From Harriotta raleighana (taxonomy: Eukaryota): 64,000 bases of DNA. The stretch lies in contig JBNZDD010013566.1 in assembly GCA_050575255.1 (NCBI GenBank), positions 1,296,353 to 1,360,352 of the forward strand, in the 5' to 3' direction. Numbering within the stretch: position 1 is the first letter of the stretch; every line of letters begins with the position of its first letter. The notes under the pieces are model-generated. The model saw nothing but the letters and a program-made list of their open reading frames with translations. It had not been told where the DNA came from and did not search any database. Of the stretch, positions 39,160-51,831 are shown in pieces. Made by a program: the position numbers and the translations under genes.

Positions 39160-39525
39160 ATTTCATACTTACATTTTCATGTCAAGAAAATGGCTCAAAC
39201 CCTATAACTTGCAAACTGTAATAAACCGCAAACAGAGACGGAGTGAATGATCAATTTTATCTGGGGAATGTTGACCAGGACACTGGGGGAAATCACCTTC
39301 TATTTGAATAGTGCAAATGGGATCTTTGGTGTCCACCTACACAGGTAGTTAGGATCTCAATAGAATATTTCGTCCAAAGGACGGCACCTCTTGACACTGC
39401 AGCACCACCCTAGAAGTGTACTGGAATATCAGTCCAGACATGCAGTTTAGAGTCCCATTGTAGGCCTTGAACCAATAACATTCTGATTCTGAGATGAGCT
39501 CAGAATCAAGCATCAACTGAGCTCG
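39160..39525 (-). mobile_element. Deu-domain SINE
   Basis: GTTGACCAGGACACTGGGG..GAATAGTGCAAATGGGATCTTTGGTGTCCACCT..GGACGGCACCTCTTGACACTGCAGCAC..CTTGAACC..TTCTGATTCTGAG..CAACTGAGC. Confidence 0.8.
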
Positions 39526-39547
39526 GCTGACACATATAATAAAGGTA

Positions 39548-41381
39548 CAGTAAAACCTTGTTTGTCCGACACCCACGGGACCTGGCCAATGGCGGTTAAA
39601 CGGATTTCAGGTTGAACGGGGTTTTTAAAAAATATACAATTTTTTTAAAATTTAAAATTATTTTAACGCATACCATATTAATAATAGACTAAATAATAAC
39701 AGAATATTCTATTAGTACATTATTATTTATACTTAACTTGCACTGATTCGACGGATTTAAAACAAAACGCGACTTTTAAAAGGAGCAGGAGCGAGGTTAG
39801 AATCATAGAAGGTTATGGCACAGAAGGAGGCCATTCGGCCCATCAAGTCTGTGCTGGCTCTTTGACGAAACAATGTCACTTTTATTAACCCCAATCACCA
39901 GCTTTCTCCCCATAACCCTGCAAACCCGTCTTCCCCAGATACCTATCCAGTTCTCTCTTAAAAGCTGCTAGAGAATCGGACCTCACTACTCTTTCAGACA
40001 GATCATTCCAAATTCGAACAACTCGCTCAGCAAAAAAATTTCTTCTAACCTCCCCTCTGCTTCTTTTGGTAGATATCTTAAGACTGTGACCTCGGGTCAC
40101 AGACACACCTACCAGCGGAAACAGCTTTTCCCTATCTAGCCTGTCAAAATCTTTCATGATCTTGAAGACCTCTATCAGGTCCCCGCGTAANGTACTGTGT
40201 CAAAAGCCTTTTTGAAATCCATGTAAATAACATCCACCGAATTTCCCTCATCAACCCTCACAGTCACCTCTTCAAAAAATTCTATTAGATTTGTTAGGCA
40301 AGATTTGCCTTTAACAAATCCATGTTGGCTATCTTTAATTACCTTGTGTTCCTCTAAATAGAGATTTATTCTGTCCCGGATTATGGTCTCCAATAGTTTT
40401 CCTATTATTGAAGTAAGGCTGACTGGCCTGTAATTTCCGGGTTTGTCTTTCTGCCCCTTTTTGTAGAGGGGGGTAACATTAGCCACTCCAGTCTCTTGGC
40501 ACCACTCCTGTGTCCAATGAAGATTGAAATTATAATGGCCAAAGCCTCCGCTATTTGAACCCGTATCTCCCACTGCAACCTTGGGTGAAACCCATCTGGT
40601 CCTGGTGACTTATCAATTTTGAGCCCAGTCAATCTTTTCAGAACTTCCTCTCTGTCTATAATAATCTGATCTATTTCCTCTACCCTCTCATCCAATACTG
40701 CGGCATTTGGGGCATCCATTTCCGTTGTGAAGACAGATGCAAAGTACTCGTTCAGTACATCAGCCATGCCCTCTGCCTCCACAACAAGATTGTTAGACCT
40801 GACTAGCGGCCAGTACACACACACATAGACACGCACACAGACAGACACACACCCTCCAAGATATTCAGTCTGAATCCATCATATAAATTCTGTCCACAAC
40901 CCTCACCACCAACCCCACCCTTTCCCTTTCCCCTCTCTCTCTGCATCAACCTGCCTGCATCACTCTCTCACTCCATTATGCTTTCCCCCATCTCTCTCAC
41001 TTTCTCTCCCTTTCCCCATCTCTCCATTCCCCCCCTCTCTTTCTCTGTCTCTCCATCCCCCGCGCCCTCTCTCTCCGCTTCCTCCATTATCCCCCCACCC
41101 CCCCCTCCACCGCCACTTCCCTCCCTCTCTCTCTGGCCACTTCCTGCAGCAGTATTTACTATGTATACAGTACTTAACTAGGCAACGGCAGCACTCATCC
41201 GAACAAGGTTAAAAAAAAACTAGACTTTTAAAAGGAGCAGGAACGAATTTAGACCTGACATTAAACGTGTCATCACTATTCGCCGGAAACTTCTGGTTAA
41301 TCCAATCGGGACTTTTTTTTTGAGATGGCAGTTGAATGGGTTTTCCGATTATTCGAGTCACGGATAAACAAGGTTTTACTG
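39548..41381. mobile_element. MITE family A, subtype A2, with CT-rich cargo, interrupted by CR1
   Basis: TA|CAGTAAAACCTTGTTTGTCCG ... CGGATAAACAAGGTTTTACTG|TA: 21-bp TIR with 1 mismatch. Confidence 0.95.
39802..40791 (-). mobile_element. CR1 LINE, 5'-truncated, reverse-transcriptase region remnant
   Basis: Peptides LNEYFASVFT, KSPGPDGFHPRL, ANVTPLYKKG..PGNYRPVSLTSI.GKLLE, QHGFVKGKSCLTNLIEFFE and VDVIYMDFKKAFDTV. The 3' part is near-identical to the 35183 copy, the middle of ORF2 is missing at n 40191, and both sides are flanked by GTTAGA. Confidence 0.97.
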
Positions 41382-42837
41382 TATCTTGAAATATGTTGAG
41401 AAATTGTTCATTTTTAAAATGAGGTTTTGAGCTGTAAATATAAAGACATTTTTGAACGACAGAGATGGGAGAATCGGTGGATCTCCTGGCAGTTTAAGGG
41501 TTAAGGAAGCAGAATGTAGAGGCAGCAGCATAACCGCATGTTGTTGCCGATTGTCATGCTTCACTACAGGCACTGGCTTGATACAGTATAACTGAGCCAT
41601 TAAGAGCATTGCAATCTGAAACACTATTCATACCCCTAAGACGTCGGCATATGCAAGAGAATAACTTGGCAAAGCATAATTGTACAGACAGCTTCTACCC
41701 ACCCACATAGTTGTCACAAAATGTAGGGTTGTTATAAAGCAGAACAAATGCATGCAGTAATTATGCACTTTATGTATTCTCTTTCAATATTGTCACTATC
41801 ACTGCAACATGAAAAATACAAACATGCTGTCATCCCCTAGCTTCTTTGTGACTTATACTCTGTACAGTCCTGAATAGTAAGTAGGACATTGTTTCACATA
41901 TTGTATGACAAAGTGGTACCATAATCCTGACAGATTTACAAAGCTTATTTTCTGTTCCTTGAGATTTGTGGTTGCACAAGTCGAAATCAGATAGTACTGA
42001 ACTTCATCTTGAACTCTCTGAGGTTGCATACAAGTTGATAAAAAGTACATTATTTTCTTCATTCAGCTTCTATGTTTTTGGGGATGGGTGGGGAAAGCCA
42101 GAATTTAATTCTTGTAAGTCTTCATGATGCATCATATGATTTCCCCACAAGCATGCAAACTGATTCATCCCTACCTTATACACTTTGTAAACTAGTTTCC
42201 CCAAACTGGTTCAATTTCTGTTGTATTGGAAGGAAATTTTGCTATTTTTCCACAGTGTCCAACCTACTCTGTGCATTATTCTCCCCCATAGTTTTACCCA
42301 AGGTTAACTCTTTGCATTAGATGATCTTACTTTTTATGTATGGATTCTCATATTTTTTATTTCCATGTCTTGAGTAGATTGACACCATAATAATCTGTGG
42401 TGCACACTCCACTTGATTTCATAACAGTTATTCAATGTACTGTAATTTGAATTCACTCATCGTTCTCAGCATTGATTGATACTATGGTTTTAGTCTAAGC
42501 TAAATTTAATAAATGTTTGGTGGGCAAGGGCTTTTACAGTTGTGCACATAACTAGTCACTGGCTGCTCTGCCTTCTGTTGAAGCAGTTTTATAAGTTTTA
42601 TAAGTTTACCACTAGCATGTTTGGAATTCTCTGTCTGGACGATGTGAGAGAAGCTTCAAACACCAGTGTATTTTCCTGAAGGTTAAATGCAAATCTGTGT
42701 GTCATATTCTACTATCACACTGACCATGCATTGGCTCAACCAATTCTTACTCATTTTCCTCCCATTCTTCCCCAGAGAAGAATGTCATGTCCTAAGGACA
42801 TGATCAATAAATGGAGTACCATTTGATAAAATCATTT

Positions 42838-43179
42838 GTGGAGCTCCTGTGGCTCAGTGGTTAGAGCACTCGCCTTACATGCCTTACAAGCATGAGACCT
42901 GTGTTCGAATCCAGGCAGATCCGGGCGAAACCTTGGGCAAGTTTCCTTACTCCACATGCCTAATAATAATCCCTCCAAAAAAAAAACATAATAATAAAAT
43001 TGGTAATTTTCAATCCATGACTGTTTGTGGGACACTGCTGTGCGCAATTGGCTGCCGCGTTCCGCCCACAAATATACAGTCAATTCACTTTACAGTATAT
43101 TCTGTGAAGCGCTTTGGGACGTTGATAAAATGTCAAAAGCGCTATATCAAATGCAAGGATTATTATTATTATTATTATT
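42838..43179 (+). mobile_element. Young full-length tRNA-derived SINE
   Basis: A and B boxes intact, CpGs retained, long (TTA)n tail; near-identical to the 27547 copy. Confidence 0.97.
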
Positions 43180-44047
43180 CACTCCTGATCAGAATGAGCT
43201 GAACAAATATATGTTAATCTGATCAAAAGGGTTAGTAAGCACAGACTGATGCCGTGCTTACTAAACTCGTGACTGATTCCACTCTTCAAAGTGTAAAAGA
43301 CAAAGACTTTCTTTGAAGGCTTGCAGCTATTTCCAAAGTTTGATTTTCACTAGATCTGTTCATCTCTGGGCGGGCGATGCCATACTTGTCCCATACAGGA
43401 AAACAAGGGGCAAGTCTTCTTCATGGCTCATCTGTCTGGACACAGTTTGTTTTACCCATCAACATACTTTGAGGTTTTTATTCTTTTACCTGTCCAGGGT
43501 GAACAATGCTCTACTCATTATGCGGATTCATTTTGCATTAACTGTTATTCAATATCTGTTTTGATTTACCTTGTCAACATGTATGATAAGCTATGTTCTA
43601 AACTGGTTCATGCAGAAACAACAGCACTCCTCCTTACCTCCTTACAGCTTCTCTTCAGATCACGCTGACTAGTCCTGAATTTAGAAAATATTTCAATTTA
43701 TCCATTCCAAGATTAATGCTAGTGGCATCGCACTGCCTGCTATGTGCCTTCTGTTGATACAGAATCCCACGTTTTATAACATTTGCTTGGATTTGTCTGC
43801 AAGTGCTAAATGAGAGAAGCTTCAAAGACCAGAGTATATTGTACGGATGAAGTGTGTGAAATCCAGGTGCTGGTCATTGACAAATAATATTGAATCCCAT
43901 TGCATTCAGACATGTCTCAAGATGTCTCAAGATTTTAATTAAGTGTATGCCCAGTTTCCACCATCAAATGGAGATATTAATAACATTATTGTACCATTGT
44001 ACATCAAAATAAACTGGAGAGGCATGATCACTATTTGCATGCTGCAT

Positions 44048-44435
44048 GTTGGTAGCTCTCAAATCAGGATCAGCAAGTTGTGGGTTCAAGTCCAATGTTG
44101 GGCCATGAGCTCATAATCTAGGCTGACACTGCAATAGAGTGTTGGGTTGCATTGTTAGAGGTGGCATTCTTACAGACAAGATGTTAGCTTGTTCATTTAC
44201 GAAGCCATGGTATTATGCAAAAAGAAAAGACCATTCATTCCTCCCGATGGCCTGGCCAACAATCCTTCAAATAAAATTGGTCATTAACTTCATAACTATT
44301 TGTAGGATTTTGCTATGTGCAAATTGGTGTCGGTATTCATCTACAGTCACTACACTATATAGTAAAGTCCTGCAAAGCACTTTGAGAGACTGATGATGTG
44401 ATAAGACGCAATATCAAATGATTATTATAATTATT
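44048..44435 (+). mobile_element. Deu-domain SINE, near full length, diverged
   Basis: GTTGGTAGC..GTTGTGGGTTCAAGTCC..ATAATCTAGGCTGACACT..GCCATGGTATTAT..CCTGGCCAAC..TTGCTATGTGCAAATTGG..AAAGCACTTTGAGA. Confidence 0.82.
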
Positions 44436-47400
44436 ACTGATTTTTTAATTTGATTCTGTTGAACTGTTCTGATAAATATTTGTGCGGGGTAGTAAATGAT
44501 TGCACTGTAACTAATTTGCTAGTGGTAAACTTAACCAAAGTCAAAGGTCATTGTATAAAACCTGACTCTTGGTTGGCCAATCCGTAATGCTGTAAAACAA
44601 CATGAAGAATTCCTAATTTGGCATTCCTGCCGTGTCACAGCCCTCTTTAGCCTCTTTGTGAATATCAGTACTTGGTCAATCTCCAGCAGTATGTGAGAAA
44701 TGCTGAGTAAAGATTCTCTACATGTAAGATTATCTTCACATTACAGCATTTTATTTTCCCAGTGAGTCGAAATAATTTGGTCCCCTAATGGGTGCAGACA
44801 AAGTAAGGCATAGGAACAGGAAGGATCATTGGATACTAAACAAATAAGCATGTTATGAAGTTATACTACCTTTTAAAAAAAACACATTTATAATTTGTTA
44901 CCTGGCAGAAAATTAATTTCCTGCTGTTGGATCCAACAGTGAGATGGAGATTCATGTATGTAGTTCCTTCAAATGATGCAGACTCTGCAGCGTGAAGATA
45001 ATCTTTCTTGATTGTCCTCTAGAATATGCGTTTCAAAATAGTTAACCATCAACCTGATAACCTGGAAGACGACCAATTTTTTTGCAGGTCAGCTCCGGAA
45101 CTATTGTTATAGCTCAAGTCCATAGTGGATCTGTGCTAAACAGGGCAATTCTTCTGGGGTTGTCATGTAATTCCTACATTGTAATAGTATTAAAATATTG
45201 TGTGTTGCACAGTGGACTGCTAAATTGATTTCAAGTGCGACCCTTTCCAGTTACACCTGCTCTCGTTTCGGCTTGTTTAGGTCACAAATGAAACGAGCTC
45301 CAGTACTTCAATTGTTAACTCAAATTGGCATGAGTCCTCAGCACCAAAAAGTTTGAATGGGTTGCTTGTTTTGCCGGCCTTAGTTCCGAGAGGTCTTAAA
45401 TAATGCGAAGATTGAGAATCCTTGGCTTCGGGAAAACTACAGTCAGCTTCTTGTTCTATTGCCATTGTTGGTTGGAATTACTAATAGACTGAGATTGTAC
45501 TTTTTAAAGAAAAATCAGACTTTCAAATCCGTAAAAAGTATTCTATTTTTATTTTCTAAAAATTGCAATATTATCACAGAATTATTTTGAAATAATGTTA
45601 TAAACTGGAAAAATATAGCTAGACTGTAAAATTATAAGACCATAGTTAAGTTCTGATGCCACCATGAACTAAGACACAATTCAATGACATCAGAAACTCC
45701 AGATTTAATTGCCTTATTGTGACTCTGTCATTATTATTCTTTATAAGATCATCTTTAAATTTGTAATGAACCTGTTTAAATTGCTTTTGGCTTTCTCTTA
45801 GCAGATCTGATTGAGACAAATGCGTTTCAATGAAAGCAATGTTAAATAAGCAAGATAAAGGGTTTATTTTTCATATTTAAAATGATCAACGCAGCACTTG
45901 ATGAGGTACGAAGAATTTATTAAGGAAAATTTATTTTGAGATTCTATTATGGCATTAGAGACTTGTGTGATTTTTATGTTTTTATGGCCTTTTGGGATTT
46001 TGAGAAATGAAATTCTCTAACGTTATAAATAACGACTAATTTTAGACCTGGTGTTTTTGCACTATATAAACTGATACTTAGAAATACAAATACAGGTAGC
46101 ATACTGTTGTATGATAAATATACTGACTTGAACTAATCTAGAGCAACATAAAACATTTTCAGTCAATGTGAAGAAAGAATCAGAACTAGTTTGACCAAGA
46201 GTCAGTCCTCCCTTGCTCACTATTCAATCCTATTATTGTACCGAGTTCCAAGACACAATCCTGCATGAAGGCTACTATATAAATAGAAGCTGTTGTACTT
46301 ATCATAATGTTTGTGTTTACATTCATTAATGATAGGAATATCCAGTGTTCAATTGCATGCGATTTATAGGTTCACATAGGAAGAAATCTAAACTACCTCA
46401 TGAAACCCCAGTAAAACAAGTTGCAGCAATCTATTCAGCTATGGCAATTTGTGTTTGGGAAATGAGGATGATTCTTTTGTAAATATTGGTGAATTCTGTT
46501 TGGTAAATCAAGTAGAAGGCAATTTTACTCTTCTATTAATTCAGAAAAGTGAGAAGATGCATCCATGATACTTCTTGTGTACATTATGAAACTCCCAGCC
46601 TGGTACCTGCTGTAGTGTTGTACTTAAAGTCATTCTCATTGTAGAAGAAAGAAACTTGGCCTTCATATAGAGACAATTTAGATAATTTAAATTGGATATT
46701 TAGTGCATTGATTGGACCATATTACCCCCACCCCAGTAATATGCACATCTGGATCATACTTTCATGGCCAAAGAATTCTCAATGGAGAATTTCACAAAAC
46801 CCACCTCATAACATTGGACTTGCAGACTCGTGCCAAATCAGCTTTTTGGCAAACAAAACACTATCCTGCTAACTGACCACAGTAAACGGCTGCGTTCTGA
46901 GAGTTCAAAAGTCTAAGGTTGAAGACCTGACTTTGCAGATTTCAGAAATGAGAGTGTTGTTGGGGGAATGTGAGTCCGTGACATGCACAGCCAGTTCCAT
47001 TTGATGTGCTAATATTGAATGGACCTCATGTGTGGTAATGAATGAGTTAAAGATACTGTACTTAGATACTCTCTAAATGAAACAATAAAGAGCACCAGTG
47101 AGTCACTGGCCTGAACAGCTGTGGAGCTGAAAAACATTCTTAGAATGTTACTAATGCCATAGCCTGGGGTAATTGAAATTCTTCTGGTATCTGATCAAGA
47201 GTTTTCTTCATTCTTCTGAGTTGTGATGTGTTGATTGGAAAACTGATAAGTTATTCGTTGAATATTATTCATTCATACTTTAATGGCCTTTCGGCTGAAG
47301 CCATGACTTGTGTTTCTATGATGGATCTGAAGCTTAAGGACACATGATGGAAAATGTGTACTAATGGAAGAATACGATATGTCACAGTGCAGAAATTTCA

Positions 47401-47631
47401 GTATCCAGTGAGCAAGCATCCAAAAGAGTATCCTTGTAAGTTACCCAATACAGTCACGGTGTTTTACAATTTAGTCTTTAATGCCGAGTTTATTGTGTTG
47501 CATTAGCAGCTGGTTTCCTACAGTGAATCTGAACCCAGCTCGGGTCTGACCTAGTGACTGTCCAGCATCTTGGGACGTCCTCCTGACGTGAAAGGTGCTA
47601 GACAAGTGTAATTTTGTTGTTGTATTATTTA

Positions 47632-48136
47632 TTATAGTTGGTAATGCTCCTAATTCTGGGTCAGAAGTCATGATTTCGAGCATCAAACCAGAACTTCAGC
47701 ACCTAGTTTAAACAATTATTTTCAATGGAGCACTACTTCTGCAAGTGCCATCTTTTGGCTGTGGTGTTAAACTAACACCTGTCTCTGTTCAGATAGTTCA
47801 GGTTCGTATTGAAGATTTTGTGGAAGAGCAGAGCTGGGAAACTATTATTTTTCCCTCATTCAAATCCCTCCCTCGCCCCAATAAGTGAATTGGTCATTCT
47901 TCTCATTTCTACTTTTCCTGTACAATGTGGGCTGCCATATTTATAATCGTGAGAATAGTTAGGATAACATAACATAATAATCCTTGCATTTGATATAGCG
48001 CATTTTACATCTTCTAGATGTCGGAAAACGCTTCACAGATTATACTGTAAATTGAATTGACTGTATAGTTTCCCCACTTCAAGTTAAAAGGCTTGAAGCT
48101 CTTTGAGACATTTCAACTAGAGGAGGTGCTATATTA
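47632..48136 (+). mobile_element. Deu-domain SINE, diverged, interrupted by a younger SINE fragment
   Basis: AGTTGGTAATGCTC..CTGGGTCAGAAGTCATG head, GTGTTAAACT..CCTGTC core, GCTCTTTGAGACATT..GGTGCTATAT tail. Confidence 0.65.
47975..48066 (-). mobile_element. tRNA-SINE 3' fragment
   Basis: ATAATAATCCTTGCATTTGATATAGCGC..ATACTGTAAATTGAATTGACTGTATA. Confidence 0.88.
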
Positions 48137-50225
48137 AAAATAACTAGCATTATCTGTAGAATTTTGATGGGTTATCTAAATTAAAATGGTTCTTTTTTCC
48201 TCTCAATTGAATTCACTCATCTGTAAAAGCATATTTATAGTGTCTTTTTAGAAGCATAATGCACAAATGATGGATTTTCCAGCTGAAGTAGTATCCCTAT
48301 GTGCACGAATGATGTACTTCCAGCTAAAATTGTATTAGCTAAAATTGCATTTACTACAGTAAAAAAACAGTTCAAGAAACACTGGGCAGATTCTGCCCAT
48401 ATTGAGTCAGATAAACAGAGTACGGAAGACATACATTATAAATGGTAATTAATGGAGAACTTTGAAGGCTTTTCATTATCTCTCTGTTAATGGCTTTCTT
48501 TTGAAAGTATCTTTGAAAAGCTTTCAATGTCTGAACGTCTGGATGGTTGACAATAGTTAAATGTGTTTTTTAAGGGAATTTTTCCACTATTTAAAGCTTT
48601 CCGGCATGTTTGGTCAGGTTAATTTTCTGTAGATATCTGCTAATCTTTCACATAATTTTCTGGTCCTGTCACTGCAAACGTCCTCAAAGCTGTTTAACTG
48701 GTGCATATTGTCAGATTCTTTGAAATATAAAACTCAATATAAGTGGAGAGTTTTGACTGAGAATTCTGTAATAAATGTTTGCTATTACAGAATAGAGTTT
48801 TAGTATCAGATAACTATAATCCTTGTGTTTGATATAGATGTAAAAATAGAGGGTGCAAGAGCATATTGTAAAATTATTTCAGAATTAAATTGATGTCAAT
48901 ATCATGGTCAGCGCCTTGGGACGTCCTCCCACCGTGAAAGACACTCTATAAATGTAATTTTGTTATTGTTATAAACTAATTACAAATAACCTGAATAGTC
49001 TCCAGAGTGAATCGCCTTCATGGTGTGTGTTGTGTGAAATAAACATATCTCTCCACTATTAAAATACACCTTGATCCTCTCTCTATTACCCAATTTAATA
49101 TTTATGCTGAAATCTTGTTGGATGAAAATAAACCTGAATGGAATTATTTTTCATGTAGTTCTGTTAAAGTTTTTCAGAACGGATCTTTTAGGTCTTAGAA
49201 AGCGGTATTATAGTCCAAATATGAACTTCAGTGATTATCTCATAGGAAAAGTGGCACAAATTAAAATAGCACTGTATGAGTCTTTGCTGTTCTCAGTGAC
49301 ATCTGGCTTCCCTCAGTATGTCAGATTGTCGGATGAGACACTTTCGCTTAGCAATAGGGAGTACCCATAGGCTGCTAATGATGGGTTGTTACAGCACATT
49401 TCTTTTCTGGCCTCAGGCAAGAAAATTCTTCTGGGTGTTCCTGTTTTCCTTAACTCCTGCCAGATAACCTGATAGTCAACAGTATATAAACATGTTTACT
49501 CTCTCATGTAGAAAATATTTAAATGATTATTTTTCCTGTAATCCAGTGGTTTTGTAGATTATCAATGGGCACAGATATAATATCTAATAAACCAATTAAT
49601 TATGTAGTGAGTGGAGATTATTTAATATAATTGAATATCGCAAGAATGTGGCAGAAATGTAGTGGGGCTTTATAATTTTCAGTATTGTTGTGAACCTTGT
49701 GTAGCATCCGAGCAGAAATATTCTGGGAAATTGCATCTCTACAGATATAATACACACAAAGCATTGTTAATATATTTTGCTGCTCATATCCAAGGGAAGC
49801 CCTGCTAATATGACCCTGCTCAATTTGCAGATGTTAAGAAATGCCTGTCACTTTTGTAAAAGGAAACTAGGTCAGCAGCACACATATCACAGGCTCAAGT
49901 GCAGGAAGTCACATGAGCAACAATCTGAAGACCTGGAAATCAACTATTTTTGCACTTGCATAAAGCCTGAGTTTGGATCCAGGTAATTGGATTATCACGA
50001 GACACCTCATATATAATACACATTTACTCTACATCTTTTTAAAAAAAAGTCATTCCAGTAATTGGAAAAGAATAGATCCAAGTGTTCCATATTGATGTAT
50101 TCAATCCAGAAATTGTGGAAATTTAAGAATTAAATTAATTAATTTGAATGGCAAACTGATAGGGTTGAGATTACTATCCTCAATCCTTTTGTATATTAGC
50201 CCCTTCTTATCATCTTGATCTACTA

Positions 50226-50633
50226 CAGTAAAACCTCGTTTATCCGTGACCCAATCAACCATGACTCGATTCAATTGCTCGACCCCCTCCCGGGACAATT
50301 CCCCATTCCAGAATTGCTAATTTGCTCACTTTGCGCATGCATGCAATGCGTGCGCATGCGCACTTAGTAAATTTACGCACTTGGGTTTTTTTTTTACTGA
50401 TCGGCAGAAAATGCTGTTTTACCGATTTTTTCCCCGACTCTGCTAGAATGCTTTGTTGGTAAGTATCAATACAGTATTCTGTTACTATGTAGTGTATTAT
50501 TAACATGGTATGTTTTAAAATAAGTTACATTTTTATGTCAGGTTTTTGGCGACTTCTCCCTCGTTCATCCGGCACCAGAAATTAGTAGACCCCTCCCCAC
50601 CCCCGAGCGTGCCGGATAAACAAGGTTTTATTG
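50226..50633. mobile_element. MITE family A, subtype A1
   Basis: TA|CAGTAAAACCTCGTTTATCCG ... CGGATAAACAAGGTTTTATTG|TA. Confidence 0.95.
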
Positions 50634-51767
50634 TATCTTGTTTTTTCTCGTTCTTCATAGCTAGCAAAAAAAACAGCAAAGTCTTTGTTAGCACAGATGC
50701 TGAAGGGTTAATTGGTAGTTGACAGACTGTCACATGTTGGAGCTTCTCACCAGAGCATTCTTAATCAAGTTGAAATGTTGTTAAGCCACACTATAGAATT
50801 TGCCAACCCTTAAAATAAAACAATAAAGTTAAGGAACTTTATTATAGGAATAAACTTTCAAGGGAGAATATCCCAAATTTGAGGGCTGTAAATTCATGAG
50901 TTTGTTTAAATGCACTTCTCAGGAGAGAAAATTAATTGATCTGGAAGCCAATCATTGACTATATCCTAGTCAAACCTCCACTTAAACTATTTGTAAGACA
51001 AATATGTGATCTATAAAGTGCATATGTATTTTGAATTCAAATAACATATTGTGGAGAATAAATATATTAGAATCCTTATGCAGTCTGTACTTGAATGTAC
51101 ACATCATCAAAAACTGATTTTTTTCCCTAAAAATAAAAGGGTAGGGTTGACCTGATCCTATATTCTGATTGCCTGCAAAATTTTTTGCTGCACTTGCAAA
51201 AAAGCAATTGTACTCTTGGGTTGTTTAGTATGCTGAAGACTGTCAGACTTGGCATTGTAAAATTATTCTTTTATGTTTAGGAGCTCTCAGGTTAATCAAA
51301 GTGGAAGAACGAACAAGGCAAAATTTAACAGGAAATAACCGTGCAAACAGACTTGTTGGTTGTAACATCATATCATTCCTCCAGGTTGTAAAAGCTATTT
51401 GATTCACAGTGGGAGATTAGGAACATCGATCTGAGAGCTGCATGCTTTTCTGAACAGCCAATTATTGTCTTGTAAATAACTTTTAACTTGCTGAGATACA
51501 ATATTGTATGTGTTCAGAACTGGTATCAAATTAACTGGCAGTTTGTGGCAGCTGCAAAGGATTTTAAATAGGAAAGACCAAATTGAGGGTAGAACATTGA
51601 GTTTTGCATTGTGGCACACTCCAATAACCCAGCAATAAGGTACAAATAAGGAAAATGTTTTGACAAAAAGGTGTACTGTATTACCTAATGAGGGTATTTG
51701 TGGATTGTTTTGGAATTATTGAACTCTCTTTCTCCTGCTCCATCTCACACAAAACTATGTTCATCTA

Positions 51768-51831
51768 AATCTATGGTGGAAACACGTTTTCCTTACAGGA
51801 AGAGTTAGAAAACATGCTTCCACCATAGATT
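51768..51831 (-). other. Isolated 24-bp inverted repeat / hairpin with 16-nt loop
   Basis: AATCTATGGTGGAAACACGTTTTC (51768-51791) versus GAAAACATGCTTCCACCATAGATT (51808-51831): 22/24 complementary. Confidence 0.9.

Noticed and set aside
40185-40197. Apparent large internal deletion of CR1 ORF2
   Set aside because: The junction falls exactly on a single n (40191), so it is likely a contig join rather than a biological deletion.
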